Shown: piece by piece, positions 58,045-64,000 of the stretch
How positions within the stretch are numbered: the stretch's first letter is position 1
Layout of the letters: each line of letters starts with the position of its first letter
Virus record (IMG/VR): IMGVR_UViG_3300042292_001068
DNA: 64,000 nucleotides
Direction: 5' to 3' (one strand)
Source of the DNA: an uncultured virus (IMG/VR IMGVR_UViG_3300042292_001068)
Taxonomy: Duplodnaviria > Heunggongvirae > Uroviricota > Caudoviricetes
Made by a program: the position numbers and the translations under genes
The notes under the pieces: model-generated
The model's database searches: none
What the model saw: the letters and a program-made list of their open reading frames with translations, nothing else
What the model was told of the DNA's origin: nothing

Positions 58045-58482
58045 ATGAAACAAAATATAAGTTTACAAGAATTAATTGCAATTAATAATCCATCAAGAGC
58101 AAAAGCATTGGTGGTTAAATATGGTTATAGACCTGCAAGAAATTATAATGATTTAATTCAAAAATTGTTTCGATTAACAAAAGAACATCGTGAAGATGCT
58201 CTAAAAGATTTAGTGGATATTCATCCACACAAAGATTTAATTATACATTACGCTATGCCTATGCCTATTCCTGTGGCAACGGAAACAAAAAGTAATGCAA
58301 ATGGTGATAATACAAGTGATTGCCAATGCCCATCGTGTCAATTAGCAAGAGTTAAAATGTATTCAAATTTTGAGGGTAATGAACCTAAACCCAAAGAAAA
58401 TATTAAAGATTACATTCCGATTATTTTAGTAGGTGGTTTTGTTACATTAATTATGTTAGGTGCATTAAAACGAATAGGATGA
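58045..58482 (+). CDS. C-terminal TM virion membrane protein
   Basis: ATG 58045; CQCPSC; YSNFEG; C-terminal TM. Confidence 0.7.
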   Translation: MKQNISLQELIAINNPSRAKALVVKYGYRPARNYNDLIQKLFRLTKEHREDALKDLVDIHPHKDLIIHYAMPMPIPVATETKSNANGDNTSDCQCPSCQLARVKMYSNFEGNEPKPKENIKDYIPIILVGGFVTLIMLGALKRIG

Positions 58483-58961
58483 ATAAAGATGGTATAAATA
58501 ATACGCTTCAATTTATACTGAAAGAAACAACACCAATTCTTGAATTAGGTGATAAATCTACTATTGAAGAAAGCGATAAAAAATTATTAAGAGGTACGAT
58601 AATTAACGGACAACTTAAAACAAGAATTGTAAACATAGATGGACAAAGAATACCATTTAAGTTTATTCAATTAAAAGATAAAAAAGGATATATTTCACCC
58701 CAAGTGGTGAATCTCTATATAGGAAAATTTGCTAACTTCACCGAAACAGATAATGAGGAAGAAATTACGCAAGAAACTGAACCTTATCAAAAGCCAAAAA
58801 AATCAAGGAATTTCGTAATTAATTATGGATTACCTGTGGTTGGTGCTACGATAGGTTACTTTATTGCTAAAAAAACTGATGCAGACGAAAAAAAGATGAT
58901 AGGTTTTATATTATTTTTTGGGTTATTAGGATTTTTACCAAGATATTTGTATAAGAAATAA
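58479..58961 (+). CDS. Membrane protein with two C-terminal TM helices
   Basis: YGLPVVGATIGYFIA and MIGFILFFGLLGFL. Confidence 0.7.
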   Translation: MNKDGINNTLQFILKETTPILELGDKSTIEESDKKLLRGTIINGQLKTRIVNIDGQRIPFKFIQLKDKKGYISPQVVNLYIGKFANFTETDNEEEITQETEPYQKPKKSRNFVINYGLPVVGATIGYFIAKKTDADEKKMIGFILFFGLLGFLPRYLYKK

Positions 58962-58973
58962 AATAATTAAATT

Positions 58974-59657
58974 ATGATTTATTTAGAAAACGATTTTTAT
59001 TCCAATTTTAATTCAATGGTTGATTCAAATGATGATTTAGCATTGAAAAGTATGTTTATTGACCAAATATCAAATTTAATAGCATACAAAAAAAATGATT
59101 TAATAAATCTGTTTGGTAAAATTGGAATTAAGGTTAGTAAAAAACCAACTAACAAAGAATTATCAAACATTATTGCTACTAATTTAAAGGGCAATAAAAA
59201 ATTACAAATAGGTCTTGCTTACTTGATTGCAGAAGATAACAACATTTTGCAACAAGAATTGAAAAAAAGCCGACCAAATGAAGATGGTTTAGACAATTTT
59301 GATGGTACTAATCCAAATGACAAAAAAACCGACAAAACACCAAAACCGAAAAAACCTATTGATTGGAATAAATCTGCTGATGCAGTAACTTCTATTGCAG
59401 GTTCAATTTCTGTTTTAGCCGATACAATTACGCAAAGTAAAACAGGTCAATTAGCAACTGACTTAAATGGTCAAGCGAATGTTAAATCACCCGAACAAAT
59501 AGCAAAAGAAGAAGAAGATAAAAAACTTGCTGATGCAAAAGCAAAAAGAAAAAGAAGAACGATTATAATTGGAGTAGTGGTTGTAGCATTAGGTATTACT
59601 GCTTTTATCGGATATAAAAAAGGATGGTTCGGTAAAGGTCAATCAAATCCAAGTTAA
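58974..59657 (+). CDS. C-terminal TM virion membrane protein
   Basis: IIIGVVVVALGITAFIGYKKGWFGK. Confidence 0.75.
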   Translation: MIYLENDFYSNFNSMVDSNDDLALKSMFIDQISNLIAYKKNDLINLFGKIGIKVSKKPTNKELSNIIATNLKGNKKLQIGLAYLIAEDNNILQQELKKSRPNEDGLDNFDGTNPNDKKTDKTPKPKKPIDWNKSADAVTSIAGSISVLADTITQSKTGQLATDLNGQANVKSPEQIAKEEEDKKLADAKAKRKRRTIIIGVVVVALGITAFIGYKKGWFGKGQSNPS

Positions 59658-59682
59658 TTATAAACAATTTAAAATAAAAGTT

Positions 59683-59802
59683 ATGTCAAGAACTGCAATT
59701 ATTATTACAAGTATTCTTATCGTAGGTGTAGGAGTAGGTACATTTTTTATTGGTCGTGCCGTAGGTAAAAAATCTTCTTCAAGTGGAGATTCAGATAAAT
59801 AA
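59683..59802 (+). CDS. Small single-TM protein (39 aa)
   Basis: Read by hand: MSRTAIIITSILIVGVGVGTFFIGRAVGKKSSSSGDSDK. Confidence 0.65.
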   Translation: MSRTAIIITSILIVGVGVGTFFIGRAVGKKSSSSGDSDK

Positions 59803-59822
59803 TTATTAAATAAGAAATTACT

Positions 59823-60422
59823 ATGGAAGATTTAATAAAAAATGATGCAACCTTTGAGGTGTATCATAATTCCGAAGGTGGGCGATTATTAGATAATCGT
59901 GTCCTATTATCATACCCAAGTGAAAGGTCATCTTTTCAAGTTGATTTAGGATTTGAAGGTCATTCTAATTTTCTACCTACTATACCACTTCTTACAGAAG
60001 AACAATTAAAAGCACTTAAAGAAAAAGAAAATAAACCAAAATTAGACCCCGAAAAGGTAGCAGGTGCAATTACTTCGGGTGCAAGTGCATTAGGTTCAGT
60101 TGTAGCAACGGCACAAGCGTTTAAAGGCGATGGAACGAAAGCACCATCACGCAGAAAAGCACTTAAAGAAGTTTGTGGTAGAAAACCTTTGTCAAAGAAA
60201 AAAAGAGGTGAATACGATAAATGTGTTGCTAATTATAACGCAGGTAAAATTGGTGGCTCAACAGATACAAGAACACCCGATACAAATACAAATACAAATA
60301 CAGACGAAACACCACCACCAAATAACAATAAAAAAATAATTATTGGAGTTGTTGTTGTTGCCGTTATTGTAACTGCTTTTATAGGTTACAAAAAAGGTTG
60401 GTTCGGTAAAAAAGCAGGATAA
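59823..60422 (+). CDS. C-terminal TM virion membrane protein
   Basis: IIIGVVVVAVIVTAFIGYKKGWFGK; CGRK..C. Confidence 0.75.
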   Translation: MEDLIKNDATFEVYHNSEGGRLLDNRVLLSYPSERSSFQVDLGFEGHSNFLPTIPLLTEEQLKALKEKENKPKLDPEKVAGAITSGASALGSVVATAQAFKGDGTKAPSRRKALKEVCGRKPLSKKKRGEYDKCVANYNAGKIGGSTDTRTPDTNTNTNTDETPPPNNNKKIIIGVVVVAVIVTAFIGYKKGWFGKKAG

Positions 60423-60435
60423 AAGATTAAAATGA

Positions 60436-60972
60436 ATGTCGAAAAAAAATGTATATAAGTTAAATTATTCTTTTGAAGCACCCGATATAATTAAATCGGA
60501 GTTGATTGGAAAACCTATTACTGAACATTTTGAAGAAGGCGACATTTTAATTGGAGATTATTATAAGAAGAATTATATCATTGTTGATGATAGATATTTA
60601 TTCCCGATTGAGTATATGGAAAAAACAGATACTTTTCCATATTTAAAAAAGGAAAGTAGTTTTGACGAAACGATTGATAGAATAAAACAACAATCCGTTC
60701 TTTTAAGCGAAAAAGAAAAGGGGAAACTTGATGAATTAGGATTTAGTATAAAAAGCACGATTGAAGGTAAGAAGGCAAAGGAAATGAAAAAACAATCCGA
60801 TTCTTACAAGCGTGGTGCAGTATTAGGACTTGCCTGTGGTATTTTAAGTGCATTATACTTTAAAAAAAGTATATGGGTATTTTCAATTTTAGGAGTGGCA
60901 ATAGGTGGCTATGTTTCGCATAAATTATATGTAGCCAAACAAGGTAATAATGATGTTCAACCAATAGAATAA
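60436..60972 (+). CDS. Membrane protein with two C-terminal TM helices
   Basis: GAVLGLACGILSALYF and IWVFSILGVAIGGYV. Confidence 0.7.
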   Translation: MSKKNVYKLNYSFEAPDIIKSELIGKPITEHFEEGDILIGDYYKKNYIIVDDRYLFPIEYMEKTDTFPYLKKESSFDETIDRIKQQSVLLSEKEKGKLDELGFSIKSTIEGKKAKEMKKQSDSYKRGAVLGLACGILSALYFKKSIWVFSILGVAIGGYVSHKLYVAKQGNNDVQPIE

Positions 60973-60977
60973 AAAAA

Positions 60978-61421
60978 ATGCAAGAATTTGATATACAAAT
61001 TAGTATGAATGGAGTTGAGAATGAACTTAACTCTAATTTCGTTGATATGAGCCGTGTTCAAGCCGTAAGCGTATCACCTGTAAAGGATATTAAACCAAGA
61101 ACTGACTTTGTTAAACCTGTTGAGGTAAAAGGTAAGCCACAAATTAAAAAATATTTTGGATTTGAAGGCGAACCAACGGATGAAATTCCCGAAGAAAATA
61201 AAAAATCTTGGACTGACACATTAGATAATTTAACAAGTACATTTAAGGAACTAACAGGTTATCAAACAAATGAACAAGCACAAGCAAAAAGAGAAAAAGA
61301 AATAGCCGAAAAAGGCGTAAAATATAAAGTATTAGGTATGAACCCATTTGTAGCAATAGCACTTTCTTTTGTTGTTATTATTGGGGGTTCTTATGCAATA
61401 ACAAAAATTAAAGCAGGATAA
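60978..61421 (+). CDS. C-terminal TM membrane protein
   Basis: LGMNPFVAIALSFVVIIGGSYAI. Confidence 0.7.
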   Translation: MQEFDIQISMNGVENELNSNFVDMSRVQAVSVSPVKDIKPRTDFVKPVEVKGKPQIKKYFGFEGEPTDEIPEENKKSWTDTLDNLTSTFKELTGYQTNEQAQAKREKEIAEKGVKYKVLGMNPFVAIALSFVVIIGGSYAITKIKAG

Positions 61422-61423
61422 TT

Positions 61424-63130
61424 ATGGCACAACTAATTGCAAGAAATAGAAATAAGCGTTCCAAAATCAGCAATACAGATATGTTGATTAATGAAATGCA
61501 AAAAAGAAAAAAAGCGTGTTTGGTAAAGTTGCAAAAACTATCAGACCGAATTAATATTCTTGAAGGTTTTCAAAATCAAACATCGGGTAAAAGATTAAAT
61601 CTAAAAGCATATCTAAAAGCAAAAGGATATGATTATAGAAACTTCTTTTCACCTATGGGGTATTACACACCAAATAATATGGTTGTTTCTGACGATGCTG
61701 AAAATGATGCTTTGACATATCACAAAGGGATGAAATATAATCAAAATGTCGGTTATCACATTCCCGAAAGAGAAATTGTTAAAGAACAAGACCATCAAGA
61801 AATTACAAGTTCAATTTATGGAATGACTTGGAATCCTGCGTTAAATCATTATTATCCAACAACGGTTTTTGATTCAAAAGCATATTCATCTGCCGAAGGA
61901 ATGGGAGATACAGGTATGGATATGATTGGTGGTTTGCGAATGGAAGATTTTGCGAATTTAACAAATGAAGATGAAGATTCTATTGAATTAACTTCAATGG
62001 TTCAAGGTTTATTGGAAGAAGAATACGATAATGTTGAAGGCGAATTAGATTTAATCGAAGATGCCCAAATGCAGTTGTATGGTGGTGGTTCAAGTTTTGA
62101 AGGTGAAGCAGAAGATACTCGTAAAGTACAATCGGGAAAAAACCTTGCTTGTAGAACAGGATGTGCAGGTAAACACCCATTCAATAAAACAAAAAGACAA
62201 GCGTGTGAAGATGAATGTGATAAAAAGTTCAAATCTTCGGGAAAACAAGAACGCAGAAGGGATGAAAGAGAAGAAAGAGAAAGTGCAAGAAAAGAATTTC
62301 GTGGCGATAAAAAAGATTGTAAAGCAAAATTAAAAAGTGGCGAATTACAAAAATGGCAATATAAAGAATGTCTTAAAAAAGAACGAAAAGATAAGCGTTC
62401 AGATATTAAAGAAGCAGGTGGTGGTATTGGAACACGAATTTGGAGAGCAACTGCCGTTGTTAATCCATTACTTGCATTAGGTAGAGGTGGAGTATTAATT
62501 TTGGTTGGGGATAATACTTGGGGATTTGCTACACGATTAGCACCTGCGTTATTGCCCGATGCCGAAGCAAAAGAATTATTTAAACCCGAAGCGATTGAAA
62601 AAGCCAAAAAAGGTTGGAAAAAAGTTGCTAATGGTTATCGTAATATGGGTGGTGATGATGCTAAATTAAAAAGCAAAGTTATTCAAGGATATAAGAAAAA
62701 ACCATATAAGGTTTCTAAAAAATCGGGATTTGATGGAGAAGATATTTATGAGTTTTCAGAAGTTGCAGGTGTTGATGATGCAGTAGTAATAGCAGGTGCA
62801 GTTACAACAGGTCTTTCTGCATTGGCAGGATTGGTTTCAGCATTTACAAAAGCAGGTGGTGAGAAAAATCCTTACAAGGATGATAAAGCACCCGATGATT
62901 ATAAAAATGCACTTGCAGAAGGAACTATTGAAGGAAGTCCTGTAACAGATGCAAAAGCACCTGTATTGAATGATAAGGGTGAGTGGACAGAACCAAGCAC
63001 AGGTAAAGTAATTGACCCAATCACAGGTAAATATAAAGACACTATTTTTGGTTTAAATAAATGGTTGGCTATTGGTATTGGAGTTGCAGGAGTTGTAGGA
63101 TTATATTATATTTTTAAAGGAAAAAAATAA
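61424..63130 (+). CDS. Large membrane-anchored virion protein with Cys-rich helical region
   Basis: CRTGC..CEDEC..C..C; internal hydrophobic segments; C-terminal TM WLAIGIGVAGVVGLYYIF. Confidence 0.75.
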   Translation: MAQLIARNRNKRSKISNTDMLINEMQKRKKACLVKLQKLSDRINILEGFQNQTSGKRLNLKAYLKAKGYDYRNFFSPMGYYTPNNMVVSDDAENDALTYHKGMKYNQNVGYHIPEREIVKEQDHQEITSSIYGMTWNPALNHYYPTTVFDSKAYSSAEGMGDTGMDMIGGLRMEDFANLTNEDEDSIELTSMVQGLLEEEYDNVEGELDLIEDAQMQLYGGGSSFEGEAEDTRKVQSGKNLACRTGCAGKHPFNKTKRQACEDECDKKFKSSGKQERRRDEREERESARKEFRGDKKDCKAKLKSGELQKWQYKECLKKERKDKRSDIKEAGGGIGTRIWRATAVVNPLLALGRGGVLILVGDNTWGFATRLAPALLPDAEAKELFKPEAIEKAKKGWKKVANGYRNMGGDDAKLKSKVIQGYKKKPYKVSKKSGFDGEDIYEFSEVAGVDDAVVIAGAVTTGLSALAGLVSAFTKAGGEKNPYKDDKAPDDYKNALAEGTIEGSPVTDAKAPVLNDKGEWTEPSTGKVIDPITGKYKDTIFGLNKWLAIGIGVAGVVGLYYIFKGKK

Positions 63131-63140
63131 AACATTGGAT

Positions 63141-63950
63141 ATGGAGATAGATATTCCATCTAACTACCATTCCTTTCAACTTAATATCACGCTTGACACA
63201 AAAGAATTAAGTAGAATTAGAATAGTAGCATTAGACCCAAATAAACCTGCATCGAAATATGTTGATAGGGTTGGTAAACTTATGGGGAAAAGAACTTTTG
63301 AATTAAAGTTTCCTGTTTCGCCTAAAAAGTTGAAAATCGTAATTTACAATGTTGCAAATGGTAATTTACCTTATGGGGAAGATGATACATTTTCTATTTC
63401 TGATATGAAAGTAGAACCTTTACCACAATACGATGTATGGTGGAATAAGGACACTCAAAACTTTTACAATTTCGCAGTAGAATTTAGCCAAAACGCAGGT
63501 ATTTTATCGGCAGGGGAACAAAAGCCACATATTTATCGAAGTGATGATAATAAATTCACTATTGATTATTATAACAATATCGTAGATAAAAAAACGAATA
63601 AATTATTAACTACACCTGCTCGTATTGGACACAATACAGGCATTATCGAAGTAAGTAAGAATAAGTTTATGCAATACACTATTCCGATGCGTTTAGTGAT
63701 ACTATTGCACGAATTTTCGCATAAATATCTTAATCCTAAAATTGATAAGCCAATCAGTTACGAAACAGGTGCAGATATTCAAGGACTTTATATTTATTTG
63801 GGCAAGGGTTGGTCGCCTTATGAAGCACATAAAACATTCCTACAAGTGTTTAGAAATGCAAATAATGAACCTAACCATAAAAGGTACAAGATTATTAATG
63901 ATTTCATTTCTAAATACGAAAAAGGGCAAATTTCCAAACAGAAAAAATAA
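63141..63950 (+). CDS. Zincin metallopeptidase (HExxH), candidate maturation protease
   Basis: ILLHEFSH at about 63700-63722 and downstream ETGAD. Confidence 0.75.
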   Translation: MEIDIPSNYHSFQLNITLDTKELSRIRIVALDPNKPASKYVDRVGKLMGKRTFELKFPVSPKKLKIVIYNVANGNLPYGEDDTFSISDMKVEPLPQYDVWWNKDTQNFYNFAVEFSQNAGILSAGEQKPHIYRSDDNKFTIDYYNNIVDKKTNKLLTTPARIGHNTGIIEVSKNKFMQYTIPMRLVILLHEFSHKYLNPKIDKPISYETGADIQGLYIYLGKGWSPYEAHKTFLQVFRNANNEPNHKRYKIINDFISKYEKGQISKQKK

Positions 63951-63956
63951 TGCTCT

Positions 63957-64000
63957 ATGGAAAAAAATGTTCAAGAATTATTAAAAGATAAAAATGAAGA
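63957..64000 (+). CDS. Start of next ORF (truncated by window)
   Basis: MEKNVQELLKDKNE open to window end. Confidence 0.35.
   Translation, partial: MEKNVQELLKDKNE

Noticed and set aside
9688..63984. Numerous short antisense or alternate-frame ORFs overlapping long genes (e.g. 15262..15663, 28516..29040, 28694..29104, 56097..56498, 62002..62607)
   Set aside because: Shadows of the coding strand or of repetitive protein regions; fully nested in better-supported genes
1..64000. tRNA, rRNA, integrase, transposase, reverse transcriptase/DGR, DNA polymerase
   Set aside because: No recognisable motifs found by eye; intergenic gaps are short and AT-rich

Overview
This is an AT-rich, gene-dense, almost entirely + strand segment of a large dsDNA bacterial virus. 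The host is probably in Bacteroidota, because TAnnTTTG promoter boxes recur, there are no obvious Shine-Dalgarno sites, and a DUF3127-like gene is present. Layout: (1-1000) non-coding purine/G-tract-rich region with hairpins. (1-12 kb) small early/accessory genes: APS kinase, HxGH nucleotidyltransferase, DUF2061, SSB, HTH, GT4 and GNAT. (12-45.6 kb) giant polyvalent proteins carrying ART-PolyVal, other ART-like, GNAT, zincin, ParB, PcfJ, SNF2 helicase, ArdA and histone-H1-like units. (46-49 kb) DnaA-domain-IV HTH, an acidic protein and an A32/FtsK-HerA-type packaging ATPase. (49-57 kb) glycosyl- and methyltransferase cluster. (57-64 kb) structural module with a beta-rich putative capsid protein, many C-terminally anchored membrane proteins and an HExxH peptidase. 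The main observation is that about 50 copies of a [FYM]-x-x-G-G motif separate the domains of seven ORFs, which suggests protease-processed, virion-delivered effector polyproteins. A second motif ([YF]-S-N-[FA]-[DE]-G-like) marks the structural and membrane proteins. The ATPase type, the membrane proteins and the lack of terminase, portal or tail genes in the window point to an unusually large tailless, internal-membrane (Varidnaviria-like) phage. All family calls come from motif recognition by eye; no searches were run.
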